Positions 1 to 10,752 of a stretch of DNA of 64,000 nt are shown piece after piece. Below the pieces are notes generated by a model. That model saw only the letters and a list, made by a program, of their open reading frames with translations, ran no database searches and was not told where the DNA came from. Source of the stretch: Chiloscyllium plagiosum. Its lineage: Eukaryota. The position numbers were made by a program, and so were the translations under genes. The DNA lies in assembly GCF_004010195.1 (NCBI RefSeq), contig NC_057719.1, positions 87,385,600 to 87,449,599 on the forward strand. The letters are read 5' to 3'. Position 1 is the stretch's first letter, and each line of letters opens with the position of its first letter.

Positions 1-150
1 CCTCACCTCCCCCAACCCACCCTCCCTCATGCATACCCTCCTTCATCTTCACCTTTCCCCACCTCACCCTCACCCTACCTTACCTCATCCTCATCTCACT
101 GTCACCTCATCTCACCTTCCCTTACCTGACCCTCCCCTCACCTTGCCCTG
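1..150. repeat. Degenerate (CCTCA/CCTCC)n pyrimidine-rich simple repeat
   Basis: Repeated cctcac/cctac/cttac pentamers visible directly. Confidence 0.75.
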
Positions 151-524
151 AAACCAGTGGCTGTGCTGTTTATGAGGCAGGTGGTCTGAAATCTGATTTT
201 CAGAAACATCATGCACGATACATAACATTTATACCTTTTCAAAAAGCTGGCCTTTCACTAGCTGGGATCCCATTTTTACAAAGCACATGCCAGTCAGTGG
301 GCTTTCGGAAGTACATACTGAGCAGGGAATTACGTGGAGGGTAATGGGACAGGGCTTCCACTACAGTGACTGCTCCCGACAAATACACCAGCATGGGACT
401 GAGCTCTGACCTGATGCCCCCTCGGTCCAGTATTCTGCCAATACCCTTTATCGACATATGTCAGAAGTGGTATTTCTGGGCCACAGTACAGGTGGCAGCA
501 TCTTGGACATTGCTGTGAGGTCAG

Positions 525-2647
525 AGTCAAGAGTGTAGTGCTGGAAAAACACAGCAGGTCAGGCAGCATCTGAGGAGCAAGAGATTTGACATTTTGGGCA
601 TAAGCCCGTCATCAGGAATGAGGCTTGCGGGGCTAGGAGGGCTGAGAGATAAATGGGAGGGAAGTGGGGCTGGGGGGAAGGTAGTTGAGAATGTGATTGG
701 TAGATGAAGGTGGGAGAGAAAAGGTGATAGGTCGGAGAGGAGTGTGGAGCGGATAGGTGGGAAGGAAGATGCACAGGTCAGGAGGGCGGTGCAGAGTTGG
801 AGGCTTGGGACTGGGATAATGTGGGGTGGGGAGGGGGTGTGGAAATGAGGAAACTGGTGAAATCCACATTGATCCCGTGCGGTTGCAGGGTCCCAAGTTG
901 GAAGATGAGCTGTTCTTCCTCCAAGCATTGGGGTTTGGTGTGGAGGAGGCCCAGGACCTGCATGTTCTTGGAGCAGTGGGAAGGGGAGGTAAACTGTTTG
1001 GCCACGGGGGAGTGGGGCTGGTTGGTGCAGGTGTCCCAGAGATGTTCTCTGAAATGATTTGCAAGTTGGCATCCTGTCTCCCCGATGTAGAGAAGACCAC
1101 ATCGGGTGCAACGGATACAGTACACGACATTGGTGGAGGTACAGGTAAATGTGTTGGAGGGCATTGTCGACCACATGGGAGGGGAAATTGCAATCTTTGA
1201 AGAGGGAGGCTATCTGGGATGTTCTATGATGGAATTGGTCCTCTTGGTAGCAGGTGCAGCGGAGGATTGGGAATAAGGGATGGCATTTTTACAAGAGGCA
1301 GGGTGGGAGGAGGTGTAGTCCAGGTAGCTGTGGGAGTCAGTGGGTTTGTAGTAGACGTATGTGGTTAGTCGGTCGCTGGAAATGGAGATGGAGAGGTCCA
1401 GGAAGGGGAGGGTGGTGTCCAATATGGTCCAGGTGAATTTGAGGTCGGGGTGGAAGGTGTTGGTGAATTTGATGAACTGTTCGACCTCCTGGTGGTAGAA
1501 TCAGGTAGCACTGATACAGTTCATCGATGTAGCAAAGGAAAAGTTGAGGAATGGTATCAATGTAGCTGCGGAAGGTGGACTGTTCCACGTACCCAACAAA
1601 GAGGCACGCATAGCTGGGGCCCATGCGAGTGCCCATGGCTATCCCTTGGTTTGGAGGAAGTGGGAGGATTGGAAAGAAAATATGTTGAGGGTGAGGACTT
1701 GTTTAGCTAAGGAGGAGATGTCTGCGAGTTGGTGCCTGGCTTCAGTGGTATAGAGGTTGGTGGGCCAAATGATCACTGTGCCCTTTGCTGGTTTGATGGT
1801 GATGCTGGGGTTAGAGCCACCTATAAACAGACCCCACCACTAGGTATATATTTCCCTTCCCACACCTATTTGTGTTTCAGAGAGACCATTCCCTCCGTGA
1901 CTCCCTCATCAGATCTACATCCCAAGCCACCCATACCCCACTCCCGGCACCTTCCCCTGCCACCGCAAGAAGTGCAAAACCTGAGCCCACACCTCCCCCT
2001 CACCTCCATCCAAGGCCCCAAGGAGCCTTCCACATCCAACACAGATTTACCTGTACTTCCACACAAGTCATCTACTGTATCTATTGTACCTGATGTGGTC
2101 TCCTCTACATCGGGGAGACAGGAGGCCAACTGTTTCAGAGAACAGTTTGCATCCACCAACTCCACCGCCCTGTGGCAGAACACTTTAACTCCCCCTCCCA
2201 CTCCATCAAGAACACGCAGGTCCTGGGCCTCCTCCATCACCAAACCCTGACTGCCCAATGCCTGGAGGAAGAACGCCTCATCTTTTGGGACACTGCAACT
2301 ACATGGGATCAATGTGGATTTCACTAGTTTCCTCATTTCCCCTTCCCCCACATTATCCCAGTTCCAAGTCTCCAACTCCACACCGCGCTCTTGACCTGTC
2401 CATCTTCCTTCCCACCTATCTGCTCCACCCACCTCTCCGATTGATCATCTTTCTGCACCCCCACCCACCTCCATCTACCTATCAAACTCCCGCTACCTTC
2501 CCCCCAGTCCACAAGCCTCATTCCTGATGAAGGGCTTATGCTCGAAACATCGAGTCTCCTGCTCCTCAGATGCTGTCTGACCTGCTGTGTTTTTCCAGCA
2601 CCACTCTGTTGACTCTGATCTCCAGCATCTGCAGTACCTACTTCCTT
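525..2647. mobile_element. Decayed Penelope-like retroelement in inverted two-arm arrangement
   Basis: Minus arm (about 525-1790) encodes RT remnants MGTRMGPSYACLFVGYVE and LPFLDLSI..YYKPTDSHSYLDYTSSHP plus GIY-YIG VVYCIRCTRCGLLYIGETG; plus arm (about 1840-2647) repeats the GIY-YIG/pLTR region; flanking direct repeat CTGTGAGGTCAG at 513-524 and 2653-2664. Confidence 0.85.
2521..2554 (+). ncRNA. Minimal hammerhead ribozyme motif in PLE pseudo-LTR (partly decayed)
   Basis: TTC-CTGATGA-A-GGGC-TTAT-GCTC-GAAA-CATC-GAG; a minus-strand counterpart near 586-617 has GAAA changed to AAAA. Confidence 0.6.
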
Positions 2648-2727
2648 CACTACTGTGAGGTCAGTGGGGAGCTGATATAATAATCACAATGTGAACACTC
2701 ACAGTGAGAGCGATGACGTTTCAGTAC

Positions 2728-2865
2728 CTTGTGTGCATCGACCAGCTTGGATCTCTTATTCCGGCAGTTCTCCAGCAGTTCATTCCACAATTCCTGAATT
2801 TGCTTTATCCGGGGTTCAATCTCCTTTGCAGCATAGTGCCCAGCGTCAATCATATGCCCACCTTC
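2728..2865 (-). CDS. SPTBN5: Beta-V spectrin exon (last in window) EGGHMIDAGHYAAKEIEPRIKQIQELWNELLENCRNKRSKLVDAHK
   Basis: ctgtag| ... |gtactg; 138 nt, phase 0/0; the gene continues beyond both window ends. Confidence 0.92.
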
Positions 2866-3119
2866 CTACAGTAGGGTGACAATCAAGTCACAATCAATAT
2901 TTCGAGCAGTGGACCACACAACAGAATGGGGAATTGTAATATTATTACAGAACACGGGCAGCAACCACGTGGCAGTGGGGACCAGACTGCATCTCCTAGA
3001 TTTGTGCAGCTTCACGTGAATCCATTGAGGTGTTTAAAATGATTAAGGAAACTCAGTCTCTCTGTTGGCTTAATCTAGAACATACATCTGAAACTTAAGT
3101 GCTAGATATTTTTCAACCA

Positions 3120-3221
3120 ACCTGTTCAGGGATGTTATTACATACCTCTGAAGCAGGAGGGACTTGAACCCGGGCTTCTGAGTCCAGAGATAGGGACACT
3201 AGTGCTGAGCCATGAGGGCCC
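3120..3221 (-). mobile_element. Short tRNA-derived SINE (related copies near 62000-62100 minus and 37065-37180 plus)
   Basis: Minus strand has A-box-like TGGCTCAGCACTAG and B-box GGTTCAAGTCC followed by a shared non-tRNA body. Confidence 0.55.
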
Positions 3222-3337
3222 TATTGATGTTAGGATGGAACTGTTTAAAATGTCAGTTCAGCCAGAGGAGGTGTAGTGTGCGCAGTTCTGTGCACCACAC
3301 TGTAGGAGAGGGTGCACAGGAGATTCACTCAGATGTT

Positions 3338-3550
3338 ACAAAAATAGAAGTTGCTGGAAACGGAAATTGCTAGAAAGGCTCAGCAGGTCTGGCGGTATCT
3401 GTGGAGACAAAGCAGAGTTAAGGTTTCAGATTCAATGCCCCAAAGGTTAACTCTGATTTCTCTCCACAGGTGCTGCCAGACATGCTGAGCCTTTCCAGCT
3501 ATTTCTGTTTTTGTTTCTGATTTCCAGCATCTGCAGTTCTATCGGTTTTT
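3338..3550. mobile_element. Palindromic non-autonomous PLE pLTR-derived element
   Basis: Inverted arms gctagaaaggctcagcaggtctggc.. / ..gccagacatgctgagcctttccagc; imperfect 15-bp TSD at 3323-3337 and 3551-3565. Confidence 0.7.
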
Positions 3551-3862
3551 ATTCACCCAGAGGTTGCCGGTGCTGGAGTATTTCAGCGATGAAGAGAGAT
3601 CAGATAGGCTGGGGCGGTTCTCCATTGAGCAGAGAAGGCACATTGAGGTGAACAAGGTTACAAGGGGCATAGATATGCTCAACAGAAATAATGCTTTCCC
3701 CTTCGTAGAAAGTTCAATAACCAGGGTATCTGGTTTGAAGGTACAGAGCAGGAAGTTTAGAGAGGATTTCAGGAAAATAGTTTCACCTTTGAGAACTATT
3801 TTGATGTGCACTTGAAACACCTCAGTGTACAAGTGCTGGAAAATGGGATTAGACTAGATGGA

Positions 3863-4090
3863 GAAAGTGAGGACTGCAGATGCTGGAGATGAGAGCTGAA
3901 AATGTGTTGCTGGAAAAGCGCAGCAGATCAGGCAGCATCCAAGGAACAGGAGAATCGATGTTTCAGGCATGAGCCTGAAGATGATTCCTGAGCATGATTC
4001 CTGAAGAAGAGCTCATGCCCAAAATGTCGATTCTCCTGCTCCTTGGATGCTGCCTGACCTGCTGCGCTTTTCCAGGAACACATTTTCAGC
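3863..4090. mobile_element. Palindromic non-autonomous PLE pLTR-derived element
   Basis: About 80-90 bp inverted arms; perfect 14-bp TSD TTAGACTAGATGGA at 3849-3862 and 4091-4104; decayed core CTGAAGA..GCCC-AAAATGTC. Confidence 0.8.
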
Positions 4091-5202
4091 TTAGACTAGA
4101 TGGATGCTTGATAACTGGACATGATGGGCTGTGGGTCTCATTCTGTGCTGTATAATCTCTATAACTGCAAGTGAAATCAGGAGAGATTTCACAGTGGTAA
4201 TGGAAATTTGGAAGTCTGCTCCTCCAAGATTGTGAATGTTGGGACATTAACTGCAAAGTGAAAGATTTGTGTTCATCACTGGATACAGAATAAAGACGGG
4301 GAAATGGGATCCGGTGGAGGGCAGCTATAATCAAACTGAACTGTGGTTAAAGGCTCAGGAAGTTGAATTGCAATTCCTGCTCGGACAAATTTGAGGCAGA
4401 GCTGGTTGGAGGTGAACAGATCCAATCTGGAATCAGGGAGAGTTGCATTTAGGGGACAATGCATTTCAATCTCACAGCTGGTGGGTTACAAAGTCTGTGT
4501 ATTTTAACTTGTGCAGTTAAAACAGAATGATAGACTGGCCTGAGTTCTAATATCAGGTGAGAGCCAGATAACCTCTCAGCAGGCTCTGAGAGGGGCCCCA
4601 CCTCAACGGACGCTCTCTTTGGTCCATTCTGGCCCCAGTTCTCCCTCACCTCCCCTCTCCACGAGGGCACCTCAGCTTTTCGGGTAGCCACTCCCTGGTG
4701 ATGAAACAGCACCGACGGTGGGCACCAGTGGTGCTGCCAGGGTTGCCTGGCCTCTTGGGACCAAGCCGCCTATGGCATGATGGCAGTCCAGGGTCCTGAT
4801 CCAGCGCCCCCCCCCCTCTCTGCTGATGGGACTTCAATGCCCCACCCTTAAAATCAAGCCCACTGCTGAACACCCACAGCAGAAAAAATGACACACAATA
4901 ATCAAACAAACCGGGTCCAGACAGTGAGAGGAGCATGTGAAAAAGGACCAAATGCTGAATCAGATATTTGACCATGGGTGCAAACGTTTATATAAAAACG
5001 TCCAATTAGACTGGGCCTGCATGTCAGACATTGACATGGCTCGACATACAGGCAAAACTGCACTGGCAGTCATGGGCTGTCCCCCCCAGCGAGTCGAGCC
5101 AAGCTGCCAGTTTCCCTGCTGCACCAACGTATCTTGTCACAGCCAAGGAGCGCGATAAGCCCCTGTAGCGGCGCTAGTCAAATTCTATGTGGCGACATTC
5201 AC

Positions 5203-5349
5203 CGTGGCGATGCTGAGGATCCTATTCTGGTTGGCTATGACCTCGGCCTCGAAGGTCTGATGTTTCTGCAGCTTGCCCTGCAGGTTGCTGGGATCTGTCC
5301 AGCTCTCGTCCACGGTGATGCTGATCTTCTCATTCAGCCAGGAAATAGC
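5203..5349 (-). CDS. SPTBN5: Beta-V spectrin exon AISWLNEKISITVDESWTDPSNLQGKLQKHQTFEAEVIANQNRILSIAT
   Basis: cttcag| ... |gtgaat; 147 nt, phase 0/0; DES..DPSNLQGKLQKHQ.FEAE spectrin motif. Confidence 0.93.
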
Positions 5350-5754
5350 CTGAAGAAACAGCATGGGGGGGAGGGGTTGAGGGGGAGGGAGAGGGGGGGA
5401 AAGAGAAAAACCATAACAGTCAGAGCACCAGCAGAACACAGAAACATCCCTAGCCTTCCGGGACGTGTCTCCCTTTCACCCCATTTCACTGAGTCTCTGA
5501 ACTGTGCGGATTGACTACAATATTGACTATCGTTTAGCAGAGATGTGAAATCTGTCAGTCAGTCAGGAAGTACTGTTTTGAGGAACAGCAGGGAATTCCT
5601 CCTCTCTGTTATTGGCAATGTTAATTCATTTCACAATATCTGTTCATGATCAGGTATTTGTTGTCAGGGCCATTTCTGCAAAATAGGCAGCACATCTCCT
5701 ACACCGCAGTAGGCATTACAACGTGATAATTTCTCTGGTCGAGTGATGTTCTAG

Positions 5755-6095
5755 GGCCACAGGTTCAAATCCTACTATGTGTTCTTCCCACATTCAAACA
5801 CAATGAGTAAATCTCATAACTGACAATTAGGCATCAGCGATGGGGATAGTGAAATCATCATCAATTCTCAAAAAGACCCATCTGGTTCAATAATGTCCTT
5901 TATGGAAGGAAATCTGCTGTCCATACCGGGTCTGACCTACATGTGATTCCAGGCCCACTGCATTGCGGTTGACTCTGAACTGCCCTCTCTGAAACGGGTC
6001 GAAGAGTCAGTGAGTTCAAGGGCAATTAGGAATGGGCACCAAATGCTGGCCGCGCCAGCGATACCCACATCCTATGAAAGGACAAAGAGAAAATA
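5755..6095 (+). mobile_element. SINE-like repeat of a second family (other copies about 24115-24450, 42930-43140, 43370-43470 plus; 34260-34600 and 61055-61400 minus)
   Basis: B-box GGTTCAAATCC; shared body gtcctttagggaaggaaatctgc..ctacatgtgactccag and 3' end gggcaataaatgctggcc..cccacatcc..gaataaaaa repeated within the window. Confidence 0.65.
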
Positions 6096-6556
6096 GCGAC
6101 TTATGTGAATTGCTATAGGCTTGTAGAGATAGACCTCTAGCACACTCTCTTGCCCCCCGCTGAGGCAGCAGCTCTTGACTATTATAAACACAGTGTAAGG
6201 TTGCTGTTAATTTACAAGGGAATCACAGTTCAGGAGTCCACTGTTACAGTTCAAGGTTACCATGCCCTCTGGTTAAAATATAATCATCTACTCCTCTCAC
6301 TCAAAATGATTCTGCCCACTTTTTGGAAAAAGAGTGATTTTAGAAGCTAGCAGGCAGGTACTGACTGGCCTAAGGCATCCACATTGTAGCTTACAGAGGA
6401 GAATGTGAATCCAAAAATTTTCCCTTTCCATCAAAGGATTTCAAAAACCAAAACAGGTGGATGGGCAATCAATTGTTGGTCATTTGAACGAAACAATCGT
6501 TTCAACAATCTCTCTTTGAATAAACAATGTAATATAAAATTTGTAAGTAAAATAAT

Positions 6557-9500
6557 TTGGTTTATTAACAGGGTCTGGTATGATCCGGTTTACTGACAAG
6601 GTCTGGTACGATCCGGTTTATTGACAGGGTCTGGTATGAGCTGGTTTACTTACAGGGTCTGGTTTGATCTGGTTTACTGACAGGGTCTGGCATGATCCGG
6701 TTTACCGACAGAGTCTGGTATGATCTGGTTTACTGACAGGGTCTGGCACGATCCGGTTTACTGACAGGGTCTGGTTTACTGACAGGGTCTGGCACGATCC
6801 GGTTTATTGACAGTGTCTGGTACGAGCTGGTTTACTGACAGAGTCTGGTACGATCTGGTTTACTGACAGAGTCTGGTACGAGCTGGTTTACTGACAGGGT
6901 TTGGTACGAGCTGGTTTACTGACAGGGTCTGGTATGATCTGGTTTACTGACAGGGTTTGGTACGAGCTGGTTTACTGACAGGGCCTGGTACGACCTGGTT
7001 TACTGACAGGGCCTGGTACGACCTGGTTTACTGACAGGGTCTAGTACGATCTGGTTTACTGACAGGGCCTGGTACGACCTGGTTTACTGACAGAGTCTGG
7101 TATGATCTGGTTTACTGACAGGGTCTGGTACGATTTGGTTTACCGATAGGGTCTGGTACAAGCTGGTTTACTGACAGGGTCTGGTACAACCTGGTTTACT
7201 GACAGGGTCTGGTACAACCTGGTTTACTGACAGGACCTGGTACGATCTGGTTTACCGACAGGGTCTGGTACGATCTGGTTTACCGACAGGGTCTGGTACG
7301 AGCTGGTTTACTGACAGGGTCTGGTACGACCTGGTTTACTGACAGGGTCTGGTACGACCGGGTTTACTTACAGGGTCTGGTACGACCTGGTTTACTGACA
7401 GGGTCTGGTTCGACCGGGTTTACTGACAGGGTCTGGTACGAGCTGGTTTACTGACAGGATCTGGTATGATCTGGTTTACTGACAGGGTCTGGTACGAGCT
7501 GGTTTACCGACAGGGTCTGGTATGATCTGGTTTACTGACAGGGTCTGGTATGTTCTGGTTTACCGACAGGGTCTGGTATGTTCTGGTTTACCGACAGGGT
7601 CTGGTACGAGCTGGTTTACCGACAGGGCCTGGTACGATTTGGTTTACCGACAGGGCCTGGTATGATCGGGTTTACAGACAGGTCCTGGTACAATTTGGTT
7701 TACTGACAGGGTCTGGTACGAGCTGGTTTACTGACAGGGTCTGGTATGATCTGGTTTACCGACAGGGTCTGGTATGATCTGGTTTACTGACAGGGTCTGG
7801 TACGGTTTGGTTTACCGACAGGGCCTGGTATGATCGGGTTTACAGACAGGGCCTGGTACAATTTGATTTACTGACAGGGTCTGGTATGAGCTGGTTTACT
7901 GACAGGGGCTGGTATGAGCTGGTTTACTGACAGGGTCTGGTATGATCTGGTTTACTGACAGGGTCTAGCACGATCTGGTTTACCGACGGGGTCTGGTACG
8001 AGCTGGTTTACTGACAGGGTCTGGTACGACCTGGTTTACTGACAGGGTCTGGTACGAGCTGGTTTACCGAGAGGGTCTGGTATGATCTGGTTTACTGACA
8101 GGGTCTGGTACGATTTGGTTTACTGACAGGGTCTGGTACGACCTGGTTTACTGACAGGGTCTGGTACGAGCTGGTTTACCGACAGGGTCTGGTATGATCT
8201 GGTTTACTGACAGGGTCTGGTACGATCTGGTTTACCGACAGGGGCTGGTATGAGCTGGTTTACCGACAGGGGCTGGTATGAGCTGGTTTACCGACAGGGG
8301 CTGGTATGATCTGGTTTACTGACAGGGTCTGGTACGAGCTGGTTTACTGACAGGGTCTGGTATGATCTGGTTTACTGACAGGGTCTGGTACGATCTGGTT
8401 TACCGACTGGGCCTGGTACGATTTGGTTTACCGACAGGGCCTGGTATGATCGGGTTTACAGACAGGGCCTGGTACAATTTGGTTTACTGACAGGGTCTGG
8501 TATGAGCTGGTTTACTGACAGGGTCTGGTATGATCTGGTTTACTGACAGGGTCTAGCACGATCTGGTTTACCGACGGGGTCTGGTACGAGCTGGTTTACT
8601 GACAGGGCCTGGTACGAGCTGGTTTCCTGACAGGGTGTGGTGTGATCTGGTTTACTGACAGGGTCTTGTACGAACTGGTTTACTGACAGGGTCTGGTCTG
8701 ATCCGGTTTACCGACAGGGTCTGGTACGATCTGGTTTACTGACATTGACTGGTATGATCTGGTTTACCGACAGGGGCGGGTACGATCTGGTTATTGACAG
8801 GGTCTGGCACGATCTGGATTACTGACAGGGCCTGGTACGATTTGGTTTACCGACAGGGTCTCGTTCGAGCTGGTTTACTGACACGGTCTGGTACAACCTG
8901 GTTTACTGACAGGGTTTGGTACATGCTGGTTTACTGACAGGGTCTGGTACGATCTGGATTACTGACAGGGTCTGGTATGAACTGGTTTACTGACAGGGCC
9001 TGGTACGATTTGGTTTACCGATAGGGTCTGCCTTGAGCTGGTTTACCGACAGGGTCTGGTACAACCTGGTTTACTGACACGGTCTGGTACGAGCTGGTTT
9101 ACTGACACGGTCTGGTACGAGCTGGTTTACTGACAGGGTCTGGTACGAGCTGGTTTACCGACTGGATCTGGTACGATCTGGTTTACTGGCAGGGTCTGGT
9201 ATGATCTGGTTTACCGACAGGGTCTGGTATGATCTGGTTTACTGACAGGGCCTGGTACGATTTGGTTTACCGACAGGGTCTGGTACGAGCTGGTTTACCG
9301 ACAGGGTCTGGTACGAGCTGGTTTATTGACAGGTCCTGGTACGATTTGGTTTACCGACAGGGTCTGGTACGATCTGTTTTACTGACAGGGCCTGGTATAA
9401 TTTGGTTTACTGACAGGGTCTGGTATGACCTGGTTTACTGACAGGGTCTGGTACGAGCTGGTTTACTGACAGGGTCTGGCATGATCTGGTTTACTGACAG

Positions 9501-9946
9501 GGTCTGGCATGATCTGGTTTACCGACAGGGTCTGGTATGATCTGGTTTACTGACAGGGTCTGGTACGACCTGGTTTACTGACAGGGTCTGGTTTACTGAC
9601 AGGTTCTGGTACGAGCTGGTTTACTGACAGGGTCTGGTACGAGCTGGTTTACTGACAGGGTCTGGCATGATCTGGTTTACTGACAGGGTCTGGCATGATC
9701 TGGTTTACCGACAGGGTCTGGTATGATCTGGTTTACTGACAGGGTCTGGTATGATCTGGTTTACCGACAGGGTCTGGTTTACTGACAGGTTCTGGTACGA
9801 GCTGGTTTACTGACAGGGTCTGGTATGATCTGATTTACCGACAGTGTCTGGTACGAGCTTGTTTACTGACAGGGTCTGGTAGGATCTGGTTTACTGACAG
9901 GGTCTGGTATGATCTGGTTTACTGACAGGGTCTGGTATGAGCTGGT
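6557..9946. repeat. 28-bp minisatellite, consensus CTGGTTTACTGACAGGGTCTGGTACGAT, roughly 120 units
   Basis: Direct head-to-tail repeats with point variants and no unique spacers. Confidence 0.97.
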
Positions 9947-9977
9947 ACTCTACTTGCAGTGTGACGGGGCCTCTTAC

Positions 9978-10068
9978 CTCATACGAACTTCTCAGGAACA
10001 TCTGCCGCTGTTTGGACTGATCCAGGATCCTCCTGCGCTCCTCACAGTTTTCCAGCAACTTCTGTTTT
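9978..10068 (-). CDS. SPTBN5: Beta-V spectrin exon (R)KQKLLENCEERRRILDQSKQRQMFLRSSYE
   Basis: ctcttag| ... |gtaaga; 91 nt, phase 2/0. Confidence 0.9.
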
Positions 10069-10752
10069 CTAAGAGATAACATCAATAAAAAGATAGATAC
10101 TGCAGGGTGAGAGTGCATGGAAAATGTCAACAGCCAGACACATAACTGTTGTTGGAAAGGTTGTGAGAATGGAATGAGGAGGCTGTTGTACACACTGCCT
10201 GCACACACTCAACAGGAACTCACTAATCTCCTGAGGGAACAGCTCTTTCTGCGGAGTTCTTTCCTATCAGGCACAATGTATAAAAAAACACAAGAACATA
10301 GGGAATTGGACACAAGCTAGATAACATTGCTACATGGAAACTGCAAGGCAAAGCTTTGTATCTTGCACTCACTGGAATTAGGAACAAGAAATAGTCTTGA
10401 AGAAAGGATCACTAATTTACTGAATGTGAGGAGAGGGTGGTCATGTTGGGTCAATGTTAATATAGAGATACAACAGGGACAATTAAATGGCAATCTTAGT
10501 TTCTCAGCCCAGGCAAGTTAACCCTGGTGAGAGCGTTGCCATGGGAATGCAGCAGAGTTCGGAATTTTCCATGTTTCTTTTTACCTCCAAAGGTGCATCG
10601 TATGTACAACTTCTGACAATAAAAAACAGTGAGTTCACAGATGTAGCTTCAAGCAGATGCGAAGGCATCACACTGCAAGTCCAAGTTATAACAATGACAG
10701 CTCCGCACCAACAATAGCCCAACCCGTTCACCTTCTTCACATGCTATATTAA

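Larger units (their letters stand above)
3270..4165 (+). mobile_element. Old CR1 LINE 3' fragment interrupted by two PLE-derived palindromic inserts
   Basis: Remnants such as ER.DRLG.FSIEQRR..IEV.K..RGID and a CR1-type 3'UTR. Confidence 0.65.

Noticed and set aside
235..300. Possible extra spectrin exon (..MGSQLVKGQLFEK|gtat on minus strand)
   Set aside because: No suitable acceptor, and the peptide does not match the helix-A sequence expected after exon 2728-2865
3120..3221. tRNA genes here and at SINE heads (e.g. 43620-43690)
   Set aside because: A and B boxes are present but no convincing cloverleaf, and they run into SINE bodies
6557..9946. CRISPR-like array or coding repeat (ORFs 7550-7777, 9229-9441)
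   Set aside because: Units are contiguous with no unique spacers, there are no cas genes, the context is a vertebrate intron, and the ORFs are by-products of the repeat
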